Shown here piece after piece: positions 1 through 8,837 of a stretch of DNA of 64,000 nucleotides. The notes under the pieces were generated by a model. That model made no database searches and was not told the origin of the DNA. It saw only the letters and a list, made by a program, of their open reading frames with translations. The stretch spans positions 643,564-707,563 of the forward strand of contig CAVPSB010000013.1 of NCBI GenBank assembly GCA_963708025.1, read 5' to 3'. This DNA is from an uncultured Candidatus Rokubacteria bacterium. Lineage in GTDB: Bacteria > Methylomirabilota > Methylomirabilia > Rokubacteriales > DASRDR01. The position numbers were made by a program, and so were the translations under genes. Position 1 is the stretch's first letter. Each line of letters opens with the position of its first letter.

Positions 1-1
1 G

Positions 2-697
2 GCGTGGGTCCACGTGGGCGGCCGCAAGCCGCTCCTCGCCCGGCTCGCCGATCCCGCCGACCGCGCGCGCATCCGGGCGGCGCTCGACGCCGGCGGCCTC
101 GCCCGCGACGCCGGCTGGGACGGCATCGTGATCGCGGGCTGCCCGGCCCGGCGAGGCTACGAGGGCCGGACCATCGCCGACATCGCCGCCGAGCTGGGCG
201 TGCCGGCCGGCGAGGCGGCGATCGAGATCCTGCGGCAGTCGGGGGGCGACGCCGACATGGTCCTCTTCATGATGAGCGAGGACAACGTCGCGCGGGGTCT
301 CGCGCTGCCCTGGGTCATGATCGGCTCCGACGGCGAGGGGCGGGCCGCGCGGGGCCCCTACGCCGCCGGCAAGCCGCACCCGCGGAACTACGGCACCTGC
401 CCGCGCTTCCTCGGCCACTACGTCCGGGACCAGCGGCTGGTGCCGCTGGAGGAGGCGGTCCGCCGGATGACCAGCCTGCCCGCCGCGAAGCTGGGGCTGA
501 AGGACCGGGGCCGGCTCGCCCGCGGCGCCTTCGCCGACGTCGTGGTCTTCGATCCCGCGACGATCGCCGACACCGCGACCTTCGCGGACCCCCACCGCTA
601 CCCGCGCGGCATCGCCTGGGTGCTGGTCAACGGCCGGCCGGTGATCGCCGCCGGCGACCACACCGGAGCCCGGCCCGGGCGCGTGCTCGCGCGCTGA
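2..697 (+). CDS. N-acyl-D-amino-acid deacylase family amidohydrolase, C-terminal part (5' end outside window)
   Basis: IGSDG, PHPRNYGTCPRFLG, MTSLPA, RGRLARGAFADVVVFDP and VLVNG motifs of D-aminoacylases; frame is open from the window edge. Confidence 0.9.
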   Translation, partial: AWVHVGGRKPLLARLADPADRARIRAALDAGGLARDAGWDGIVIAGCPARRGYEGRTIADIAAELGVPAGEAAIEILRQSGGDADMVLFMMSEDNVARGLALPWVMIGSDGEGRAARGPYAAGKPHPRNYGTCPRFLGHYVRDQRLVPLEEAVRRMTSLPAAKLGLKDRGRLARGAFADVVVFDPATIADTATFADPHRYPRGIAWVLVNGRPVIAAGDHTGARPGRVLAR

Positions 698-1004
698 GAT
701 GAACGTGAAGGGGGCTGCGCCGCCCTCCCGGACCTGCAGTCGGACCACGCTGACGGTAGACCCGCTGCCGTCGTCGGTCGAGGTGGTCGCCACCCCATAG
801 CGGGCGCTGCTCCGCAGGGCTTCACGACGGCCTCGGGGGCAACCTCGGGGCTGTTCGTGCGTCTAGGCCCATCGTACACAACGAGAGCCGCGCCCTCAGG
901 CGAGTGCCCGGCGTGGTATCGTCGGGCGCATGCTGTCGGTGAGTCGCCTGTGGCCATGATCCCGGGGTCGAGGCGCGCTACGGGCCCGTAGCCTCGCTAC
1001 GATG

Positions 1005-1033
1005 TTGACCCGTCCCCCATCCCGGCGTAGCAT
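1005..1033 (+). promoter_or_regulatory. sigma70-like promoter for the ABC_sub_bind gene
   Basis: TTGACC-17 nt-TAGCAT, followed by GGGAGG and ATG at 1056. Confidence 0.55.
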
Positions 1034-1055
1034 CCCGGCCATCGGGAGGTGGCGC

Positions 1056-2057
1056 ATGAGGCGCTCGGCTGTCGCCCTCCTCACCCTCTACTGCCTTGCC
1101 ACGCCGTTGTCAGCGTACAGTCAGCAGCCGGCAAAGCGGCCGTATCGGGTCGGCGTGCTCGTGTTGGGCTTCACGGTCCTGACCCCGGTCGTGCAGGGGC
1201 TCAAGGCCGGGCTGAAGGCAGAGGGCCTCGAAGAGGGACGGGAGGTTGTCTATGACGTGCAGATCATGCGGGGCGAGCCTCAATCCCTCTCTGAGGGGGT
1301 GAAGAGACTCATTGGGGGAGGAGCGGCTGTCATCCTCGCGCTCGGTGAGGAGGCGACCAGGGCTGCAATGAACGCGAGCCATCACATACCGATTGTCTTC
1401 GTCGGTGTCGGCGATCCGGTGGCCGCCCGGATCGTGACAAGCATCGCGCATCCGGGCGGCAACGTGACGGGTATCTCGGGCTTGACGACGGAGTTGGCAC
1501 CTAAGCGACTGGAGATGTTCAAGGCGCTGGTCCCGACGCTTCGCCGTGTCTGGGCCGTGTACCACGCGGACGATGCGATGAGCGATACGGCAGCCCGGAG
1601 GGCGCAGGAGGTGGGGCCGTCCCTAGGACTTTCGGTCACGGTGCGTCCGGTGCGGACGCCCTCGGAACTCATCGAGACGCTCAAGGCGATTCCGGCGGGA
1701 GACGGGCTCTTCGCACCGTTCAACCCTTATTTCGACGTGCCCGGTTTGATGTTAGTTGCATCGTTGTCGGCTCGGCTTCCCGTGATCTACCCTTCGGCCT
1801 ACTGGGTGCGCGCCATTACGCCGGGTTCTCCTGAGAGAGGCCTCGGGGGCCTGGCGTCCTACGGCTCGGATTATGAAGGGGAGGGTGTTCAGGCGGCACG
1901 ACTCGTGGCGAAGATCTTACGCGGCGCCAAGGCGCAGGATGTGCCTGTAGAGGCGACGACAAAGATTCAGTTCGTCATCAATCTGAAGACGGCCAAGGCC
2001 CTCGACTTGACGATCCCGCCCTCCGTGCTGGCGCGGGCGGATGAAGTGATACAGTGA
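1056..2057 (+). CDS. ABC transporter substrate-binding protein (ABC_sub_bind / TrpX-like family)
   Basis: Signal peptide, PIVF..VGDPV, PGGNVTG, C-terminal FVINLKTAKALDLTIPPSVLARADEVIQ; RBS GGGAGG. Confidence 0.9.
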   Translation: MRRSAVALLTLYCLATPLSAYSQQPAKRPYRVGVLVLGFTVLTPVVQGLKAGLKAEGLEEGREVVYDVQIMRGEPQSLSEGVKRLIGGGAAVILALGEEATRAAMNASHHIPIVFVGVGDPVAARIVTSIAHPGGNVTGISGLTTELAPKRLEMFKALVPTLRRVWAVYHADDAMSDTAARRAQEVGPSLGLSVTVRPVRTPSELIETLKAIPAGDGLFAPFNPYFDVPGLMLVASLSARLPVIYPSAYWVRAITPGSPERGLGGLASYGSDYEGEGVQAARLVAKILRGAKAQDVPVEATTKIQFVINLKTAKALDLTIPPSVLARADEVIQ

Positions 2058-2219
2058 CCCCCGGCGACCTCGCCCACCGCCGCCGCATCCTCTTCACGAT
2101 GCTCACGGCGCTCAGCTTCCGCTACCCACGCGGTCGAGGCTTGGCTACGCTGCTATCCGGTCGATCGCAGACGACGCAACCCCGTGACCTGGCGAGTCGG
2201 ACAGGAAGGAAGGAGCATC

Positions 2220-3824
2220 ATGAGCATCCGTGATCGCGTCCCCGGGTACCGTGCCTGGCTGGTCGTCGCCGCCTTCCTGGGCCTGGGGGTGACGGCGAGC
2301 CGCGTCGCCGCCCAGCCGGTGGCGGGCGGCGACTTCACCTTCGGGTACTCCTCGAGCTTCGTCGACATCCTCGACCCCCACGTGACCTCCCAGTCGGTCA
2401 GCCACTTCATCATGATGAACATCTTCGACCCGCTGGTCTACCTGCGGACCAGCGGCGAGTTCGCGCCGGGCCTGGCCGAGTCCTGGTCCTCCAGCGCCGA
2501 CGGCCTCGTCTGGACCTTCAAGCTGAAGCGCGGCGTCACCTTCCACGACGGGAGCCCGTTCAACGGCGAGGCCGTGAAGTTCAGCTTCGACCGGATGGTC
2601 GATCCGGAGACCAAGTCCCGCCAGGCCGGGGTCGCCCTGCGCGGCTTCTACGACCGCACCGAGGTGGTGGACGCCGCCACCGTGCGGATCGTCCTCAAGA
2701 AGCCCAAGGCGTCCTTCCTCACCGTCATCAGCCAGGCCTTCTTCGCCCCCGTGTCGCCGAAGGCGGTCAAGGAGCTCGGCACCGAGTTCGGGCGCAAGCC
2801 GGTGGGCACCGGGCCCTTCAAGTTCGTGGAGTGGGTGCAGAACCAGCACGTGAAGCTCGTGCGGAACCCCGACTACACCTGGGGCCCGCCGTTCCTCCAC
2901 AAGGGCTCGGCCTACCTCGCCACCCTCACCTTCCGCCAGATCCCGGACCCCGGCGCGCGGCTGGCCGCGCTCGAGTCGGGCCAGGTGGACGCGGTGGACG
3001 TGCCGCCGACCCACCAGCTCGAGCGGCTCCGCGCCGACCCCCGCTTCCAGGTCAAGAGCGCGCCCCAGCCCGGCATGCCGTGGGGCTGGCCGATGAACAA
3101 CAAGCGGGGCCCCACCGACGAGCTGGTGGTCCGCCAGGCGATGATCTACGCGGTCAACCGGGCGGCCCTGGTGAAGAACGTCCACCAGGGCGCCTACAAG
3201 CCGGCCTTCGGCCCCCTCACGCCCGTGACCTTCGGCTACAACCCGGCGGTCGAGAAGATGTACCCCCACGATCCCCGCAAGGCGGAGGCGCTCCTGGAGG
3301 AGGCCGGCTGGAAGAAGGGCCCGGACGGCATCCGGACCAAGGACGGCAAGCCCCTGGTGATCGAGCACTACGTCTTCTACTCGACCGCCGAGGCGGAGTT
3401 CGTCCAGGCCGAGTGGAAGCAGGTCGGCATCAAGTCGAACATCAGCCTCCAGGAAGTCGGCACGGTCAACCAGGTGGCCACCGAGGGGGTCAAGAACAAC
3501 CTGGCCCCGCTCCCCTTCGCCTCGCTCGACCCCGAGCTGATGACCACGCTCTTCCACTCCCGGAACCAGGGGAAGGGCTTCAACTGGACCTTCCACAGCA
3601 TCAAGGAGATCGACGACCTCCTGGACCGCGGCGAGGTGGAGCTGGACGTGAAGAAGCGGGCGGAGATCTACGGGCGGTTCCAGGTGCTGGCCATGGAGAA
3701 CGCCCTGTTCCTGCCGGCGTTCGTCCGGGAGACCATCCACGTCTACAAGGCCCCGGTGCAAGGCGTCCAGTTCAACCGCCGGGGCTACGACGCCTACTTC
3801 GTCGAGATGTGGTGGAAGAAATAG
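2220..3824 (+). CDS. ABC transporter substrate-binding protein, family 5 (DppA/OppA-like)
   Basis: LAESW, WTFKLKRGVTFHDG, PVGTGPFKF motifs; signal peptide; AGGAG RBS. Confidence 0.93.
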   Translation: MSIRDRVPGYRAWLVVAAFLGLGVTASRVAAQPVAGGDFTFGYSSSFVDILDPHVTSQSVSHFIMMNIFDPLVYLRTSGEFAPGLAESWSSSADGLVWTFKLKRGVTFHDGSPFNGEAVKFSFDRMVDPETKSRQAGVALRGFYDRTEVVDAATVRIVLKKPKASFLTVISQAFFAPVSPKAVKELGTEFGRKPVGTGPFKFVEWVQNQHVKLVRNPDYTWGPPFLHKGSAYLATLTFRQIPDPGARLAALESGQVDAVDVPPTHQLERLRADPRFQVKSAPQPGMPWGWPMNNKRGPTDELVVRQAMIYAVNRAALVKNVHQGAYKPAFGPLTPVTFGYNPAVEKMYPHDPRKAEALLEEAGWKKGPDGIRTKDGKPLVIEHYVFYSTAEAEFVQAEWKQVGIKSNISLQEVGTVNQVATEGVKNNLAPLPFASLDPELMTTLFHSRNQGKGFNWTFHSIKEIDDLLDRGEVELDVKKRAEIYGRFQVLAMENALFLPAFVRETIHVYKAPVQGVQFNRRGYDAYFVEMWWKK

Positions 3825-3867
3825 GAGCCGGATCGACGCGGGCGCCTGACCGGTAGACGGGCGGTCC

Positions 3868-4797
3868 GTGGGCCGCTATCTGGTCCGCCGTCTGGCCGGG
3901 ATGCTGTTCGTGCTGCTCGGGGTCGCCGCCGTCGTGTTCACCCTGATGAACACGCTGCCCGGCGATCCGGCGACGATGCTCGTGTCGCACTTCGGGGCGT
4001 CGGCCCGCGACATCGAGATCCTCCGGGAGCAGCTCGGCCTGAACGACCCGTTCCTCGTCCGGTTCGGCCGCTTCATCGGGGGCGCGGTCCAGGGCGACCT
4101 GGGAAAGTCGTTCCAGCAGAACCGCCCCGTGACCCGGATCCTGCTGGAGAACACGGCGCCCACCGTGCGGCTGGCCCTCCTGGCGGTGGCGCTGGCGACG
4201 GTCCTCGGGGTGCTCGTCGGCGTGGCGGCGGCGGTGCGCCGGGGGAGCTGGGCCGACTTCCTCACCATGCTGGTGTCCCTGCTCGGCATCTCGATGCCCG
4301 GCTTCTGGCTGGGCCTGATGCTGATGCTGCTCTTCGCCGTCCAGCTCCGGTGGCTGCCGGCCCTCGGGGACCAGAGCTGGCGCGGCATCGTGCTGCCCGC
4401 CCTCACGCTCGCCCTGCCGGCCTCGGCCATGATCGCCCGGCTGACCCGGTCCAGCATGCTGGAGGTGCTGCGCGAGGACTACCTCCGCTCGGCCCGGGCC
4501 AAGGGCCTGCCCGAGCGCACGGTGATCTTCCGCCACGCGCTGCGCAACGCCCTCATCACGGTCATCACCTTCGTGGGCCTGCAGTTCGGCCTGCTCCTGG
4601 GCGGGAGCGTCGTGGTGGAGTCGCTCTTCTCCCGTCAAGGGCTGGGGCAGGTCGTCGTGGCCGCCGTGTTCGCCCGGGACATCCCCATCGTCCAGGGCTG
4701 GTGCCTGCTGGTGGCGGCGACCTACAGCGTGGTGAACCTCGCCGTGGACCTCTCCTACGCCCTCGTCAACCCGCGTATCCGCTACGACACGCCGTAG
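3868..4797 (+). CDS. peptide/nickel ABC transporter permease (DppB-like)
   Basis: PGDPA, GDLGKS, EAA loop DYLRSARAKGL, RHALRNA. Confidence 0.93.
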   Translation: MGRYLVRRLAGMLFVLLGVAAVVFTLMNTLPGDPATMLVSHFGASARDIEILREQLGLNDPFLVRFGRFIGGAVQGDLGKSFQQNRPVTRILLENTAPTVRLALLAVALATVLGVLVGVAAAVRRGSWADFLTMLVSLLGISMPGFWLGLMLMLLFAVQLRWLPALGDQSWRGIVLPALTLALPASAMIARLTRSSMLEVLREDYLRSARAKGLPERTVIFRHALRNALITVITFVGLQFGLLLGGSVVVESLFSRQGLGQVVVAAVFARDIPIVQGWCLLVAATYSVVNLAVDLSYALVNPRIRYDTP

Positions 4798-4798
4798 C

Positions 4799-5641
4799 AT
4801 GGCGGCCGCGGTCCCGGAGCTGCGCCGCTTCCTCGCGCACAGGGGCGCCGTGGCCGGCGGCGTCCTCCTCCTGGTGATCGGGCTGGGCGCGGCGCTGGCG
4901 CCCCGCCTCGCGCCCTACGACCCCATCGCCCAGGACCAGCGCGCCTCGCTCCAGGCGCCGGGGCGGCCGCACCCCCTGGGCACCGACGTGTTCGGCCGGG
5001 ACATCCTGAGCCGCGTGATCTGGGGTGGGCGGGCGTCGCTGCGGGTGGGCCTGCTGGCGGTGGCGGTCGGCGCCGGCCTGGGCACCCTCCTCGGTCTCGT
5101 GGCCGGCTACTACGAGGGCTGGGCGGGGTCGATCGTGCTCCGGCTGACGGACGTCCTCCTCGCCCTGCCGGGCATCCTGCTGGCCCTGACGATCGTCGCC
5201 GCCACCGGCCCGAGCCTGGAGAACGTCATCGTGGCCGTGGGCATCTCGTCCGCGCCCGCGTACATCCGCGTGGTGAACGGCTCGGTGCTCGACGTGAAGA
5301 CGCGCGCGTTCATCGAGGCGGTGCGGGCGTCCGGCGCCGTGGACCTGCGCGTGATCGCGCGCCACCTGCTGCCCAACATCCTGGCGCCGGTGATCGTCCT
5401 CACCACGGTCGGACTCGGCAATGCCCTGCTCGTCGCGGCCACCCTGAGCTTTCTCGGCCTGGGGGCCCAGCCGCCCAGCCCGGAGTGGGGGGCCATGCTC
5501 AGCCAGGGGCGCGAGTTCATCTTCGGCTACTGGTGGATCGCCACCTTTCCCGGCCTGGCCATCCTGCTGGCGGTGATCGGCGCCAACCTGCTCGGCGAGG
5601 GCATGCGGGACCTGCTGGACCCGCGGCTGCGTGTCAGTTAG
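4799..5641 (+). CDS. peptide/nickel ABC transporter permease (DppC-like)
   Basis: HPLGTDVFGRDILSR, FIEAVRASGA, LSFLGLG..PPSPEWG, LRDLLDPR-type end. Confidence 0.93.
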   Translation: MAAAVPELRRFLAHRGAVAGGVLLLVIGLGAALAPRLAPYDPIAQDQRASLQAPGRPHPLGTDVFGRDILSRVIWGGRASLRVGLLAVAVGAGLGTLLGLVAGYYEGWAGSIVLRLTDVLLALPGILLALTIVAATGPSLENVIVAVGISSAPAYIRVVNGSVLDVKTRAFIEAVRASGAVDLRVIARHLLPNILAPVIVLTTVGLGNALLVAATLSFLGLGAQPPSPEWGAMLSQGREFIFGYWWIATFPGLAILLAVIGANLLGEGMRDLLDPRLRVS

Positions 5642-5988
5642 CGAGCCTCGTCTCGGTCCACGAGGGCGAGGATCTTGCCGACTGTTTCCTGGAGCACGTC
5701 GGCCGGCAGATTGCCGATGCGCCTCGCCTTCCGCACGCGCCAGTCAAGGCTCTTGATCTGATCTGAGAGTATCGCCCCCTCGACACCAAGCCCCTGCGGG
5801 AGCAGCACCTCGAAGGGATATCCCTTCACTTGGGAGGTGACGGGACAGCAGAGGGCCAGCCCCACCCGGCGGTTGTACACGCTCGGGGAGATGACCACGG
5901 CGGGGCGATGGCCCGCCTGCTCGTGGCCCGCTTGCGGGCTGAACTGAAGCCAGATCAGGTCCCCGCGCGCCGGCACGTAGGCGGCCAC
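5638..5988 (-). CDS. mazF: MazF/PemK endoribonuclease toxin
   Basis: YVPARGDLIW, GHEQAGHRPAVVIS, KGYPFEV, DQIKSLDWR closely follow E. coli MazF; GTG start overlaps the antitoxin stop. Confidence 0.95.
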   Translation of the reverse strand: MAAYVPARGDLIWLQFSPQAGHEQAGHRPAVVISPSVYNRRVGLALCCPVTSQVKGYPFEVLLPQGLGVEGAILSDQIKSLDWRVRKARRIGNLPADVLQETVGKILALVDRDEAR

Positions 5989-6230
5989 TACCAAGCCTCG
6001 CGGCCGACCGCTCTACCGGTCGAAACCTCACCGTGTAGGTTCCGCCGGCTCACTTTCCGGAGAAGCACGTTCAGGGAATACCTGCGAACTCGAAGGGGGC
6101 GGACCAAGAGCTGCCCGTTCTCAACCGACAGATCTACGGTAGCCCCCTCGCCCACCTGAGCCTCGGCGGCAAACGAGCGCGGAATTCGCAATCCGAGGCT
6201 GTTACCCCACTTCTGAATCTTCGTCTGCAT
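5988..6230 (-). CDS. mazE: MazE/AbrB-family antitoxin
   Basis: KWGNSLGLRIP AbrB motif, C-terminal HGEV..G.AVGREAW; AGGAGG RBS; directly upstream of mazF. Confidence 0.95.
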   Translation of the reverse strand: MQTKIQKWGNSLGLRIPRSFAAEAQVGEGATVDLSVENGQLLVRPLRVRRYSLNVLLRKVSRRNLHGEVSTGRAVGREAW

Positions 6231-6246
6231 GAGACCTCCTGCCGGA

Positions 6247-6282
6247 TATACAATGAATACACAGGGCGAGGCCGGCGGTCAA
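6247..6282 (-). promoter_or_regulatory. mazEF promoter with overlapping imperfect palindromic operator
   Basis: Minus strand TTGACC-17 nt-TATTCA; TATTCA-T-TGTATA imperfect palindrome over the -10. Confidence 0.6.
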
Positions 6283-6371
6283 GTCCTCGGTCCTGCGGGG
6301 CCGGACCACCCGGGCGAGCCCCGGGAGATCCTGCTCCAGCACCTGGCGGTCGCTAGCAGGTTCCCCCGGCT

Positions 6372-7415
6372 TCAGAGCCCGGCGACGTCCACCGCCCGGC
6401 CCTCGGCGGCGCTCCGGGCTACGGCCTCGGTGAACTCCATGTAGCGCACGCCGTCCTCGAACGTCGTGCGCGCGACCTTCTCCCGGCCGCGGATGGCGTT
6501 GACGAACTCCTCCTCCACCCGCCACCCGATCCGGCGCTCGGCGGGGATCGCGATCTCGCGCAGCTCGCGCTCGCCCCGCCGCCCGCCCGACAGGCGGCCC
6601 CGGTCGGCCTCGAGCCGCAGCGTGCCCTCGCTCCCGAAGATCCACACCTCGCTCGGCGGGGCCAGCGCCGTGACCGCGCTGAACCGGAGATGGGCGACGG
6701 CGCCGCTCTCGAGCGTGGCGAGGACGTCAACGTGGTCCGGCACGCTGACGTCGTGCCAGGCGCCGGCGGCGTCCCGGCGGCGCGGCACGCTGACCTTCGT
6801 CATCGCCATCACCCGGCGGGCCGGGCCCAGCCAGCGCATCATCGCCTCGTACCAGATCCCCATGTTGAGGACGTTGAGCCCGCTGAGCGCGATGTCCTGC
6901 CGCCAGTGGAGCGCGGCCTCCCGGTCCACGAAGCTCCCCTGGGCCGCGTTGAGCTCGACCGCCAGCACCTCCCCCGGGTAGCCCTCGGCGACGAGCGCCT
7001 GGAGCGTCCCGTCAACCTCGAGCGTGTGGGGCGCGGGCACGAGCTGGGCGACGAGGTGCGGCGCCCGCCGGGCGGCGTCCAGCATCTGCCGCGCCTCGGC
7101 AGCGTTCATCGCCATGCGCGCCTCGCAGAGGACGTGCTTGCCGTGCTGGAGCGCGGCCTCGGTGACCTCGCGGTGCAGGTACGGCCAGGTGCCGATGCAC
7201 ACGGCGTCAACGTCGGGGGCGGCCACGACCTCCCGCCAGTCGTCGTGGACGCGCGGGATCCCGAACTCGCGCGCGACGCGCTCACCCGACTCCCGCGTCC
7301 GGTTGGCGACCGCCGCCAGCTCCACGCCGGGCTGGGCCCGGAGCTTCGGGATGTGGTGAAGGCGGGTGTTCTTGCCGGCGCCCACGAAGCCCACGCGGAT
7401 CGTCCGGATCTCCAT
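6372..7415 (-). CDS. Gfo/Idh/MocA family oxidoreductase
   Basis: VGFVGAG Rossmann start, DAVCIGTWPYLH, GKHVLCEARMA. Confidence 0.9.
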   Translation of the reverse strand: MEIRTIRVGFVGAGKNTRLHHIPKLRAQPGVELAAVANRTRESGERVAREFGIPRVHDDWREVVAAPDVDAVCIGTWPYLHREVTEAALQHGKHVLCEARMAMNAAEARQMLDAARRAPHLVAQLVPAPHTLEVDGTLQALVAEGYPGEVLAVELNAAQGSFVDREAALHWRQDIALSGLNVLNMGIWYEAMMRWLGPARRVMAMTKVSVPRRRDAAGAWHDVSVPDHVDVLATLESGAVAHLRFSAVTALAPPSEVWIFGSEGTLRLEADRGRLSGGRRGERELREIAIPAERRIGWRVEEEFVNAIRGREKVARTTFEDGVRYMEFTEAVARSAAEGRAVDVAGL

Positions 7416-7474
7416 GGATCGAGATCATAGCACCGCGAGCCGGGGGTCACCGGCGCGCCACCCGGGCGCCGGCC

Positions 7475-8770
7475 TCAGGCGCGGCGAAGCCGCGCGAGAG
7501 CGCTCCGCACGAGGGCCTTCAGCGGATGGGCCCGCTCCCGAGGGACGGGCGGTCGACGCGCCAGGGCCTCCTCCAGGCCGGCGATGACCTCCAGGCGCTC
7601 GTCGGCGTGACGGGCCAGGTCGGCCCACAGCACGAGCTCCGCCTGGACGTCACCCAGCGGCACCGCCGGGGATGACCACGCGCTCGACCCGTCGAGGCTC
7701 AGACCGCTGGCCCGTAGCTGCTCGCCCCACCCGCTGCGCATCCGCGCGAGCGAGAAGGCTGCCGCCCGGGCCCGGCCGGCCCGAGCCAGCTCCGCCCGCC
7801 TCGACGGCAACTCGTCGAGGATCGTCCGGGCCCATGTCGGCGCCGAATCGGCTGCCGGCAGGAGGGCAGCGTCGGCGACCAGCTCGCGAAGGACCTCGAG
7901 GTCCGAGCAGACGACCGGGCAGCCGGCCGCCATCGCCTCCAGGACCGGCAGCCCGAAGCCCTCGAACGAAGAGGGGAACACGAGCGCCTCGGCGCGCTCG
8001 TACAGGGCGCGGAGCGCGTCGTCGGCGACATAGCCCAGGTGCACGACCCGGCCCCGATGGCGCTCGGCACACCCCTCGGTGGCCGGTGACCCCCAGTGCC
8101 AGCCGGTCAACACCAGGGTCAGGTCCGGGCTCGAGCGCCAGACTTCCTCCATGACCGCGAGCAGGAAGGCGTGCCGCTTGTGCGCCCAGTCCCGGGCCGG
8201 GTAGAGGAGGAAGCGGCCTTCGACAGGAGGCGCCGCCGCCGACGCCGGGAGTGGGTCGACCCCGGGCGCGACCACGGCGACCGCTTCGGGATCGAGCGGG
8301 AGATGGTGAAGGAGGCGCCGCTTCGAGTACTCCGAGATCGTGACCACGCGGGTGACACCCGTGAGCGACTGGTAGAGGGTGCGGCGGCGCCGCGTCTCCG
8401 CCGCCGGCAAGGCATCCGGCCAGTCGAGCGCGTAGGCGTCGGGCATCGAGACGACGTGCGGCGTCGATCGAAAGGCGTCCACCCGGTCAAGGGGGCCCGG
8501 GCCGAAGAGGGGGCTGACGATGACGTCGGGCCGGAGCGCCTGCAGCACCGGCCCCGGGTCGCCGAGGCAGGGCAGCACCGTCGCCGTCTCGTCCCCCGCC
8601 CAGGCGCCGAAGCTCGACGCGAACCGCCGCCCGACGGCGACGACCACGGTCAGCTCACCGCGCCGGGCGTGGTCGAGCAGGAGCCGGGTCACCTCGAGCG
8701 CGATCCGGCTGGCCCCGCCATTGCGGGGCGGGTCGAGCTCGATCAGGTTGACGAGGCAAGTCTGAGGCAC
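7475..8770 (-). CDS. glycosyltransferase family 4 (GT-B)
   Basis: VTISEYS, HKRH, LVFPSSFEGFGLPVLEAMAAGCPVVCSD motif. Confidence 0.9.
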   Translation of the reverse strand: MPQTCLVNLIELDPPRNGGASRIALEVTRLLLDHARRGELTVVVAVGRRFASSFGAWAGDETATVLPCLGDPGPVLQALRPDVIVSPLFGPGPLDRVDAFRSTPHVVSMPDAYALDWPDALPAAETRRRRTLYQSLTGVTRVVTISEYSKRRLLHHLPLDPEAVAVVAPGVDPLPASAAAPPVEGRFLLYPARDWAHKRHAFLLAVMEEVWRSSPDLTLVLTGWHWGSPATEGCAERHRGRVVHLGYVADDALRALYERAEALVFPSSFEGFGLPVLEAMAAGCPVVCSDLEVLRELVADAALLPAADSAPTWARTILDELPSRRAELARAGRARAAAFSLARMRSGWGEQLRASGLSLDGSSAWSSPAVPLGDVQAELVLWADLARHADERLEVIAGLEEALARRPPVPRERAHPLKALVRSALARLRRA

Positions 8771-8837
8771 GGGCGGGCGACCCGGGTCAACCGCAGCTCA
8801 TGACCGCGGGGGCGGCGGCCAGGCCGCCCGGATCATT

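Noticed and set aside
2054-2140. Short hydrophobic reading frame (RRRILFTMLTALSF) after the SBP gene, possibly a gene remnant
   Set aside because: Too short to assign without a database search
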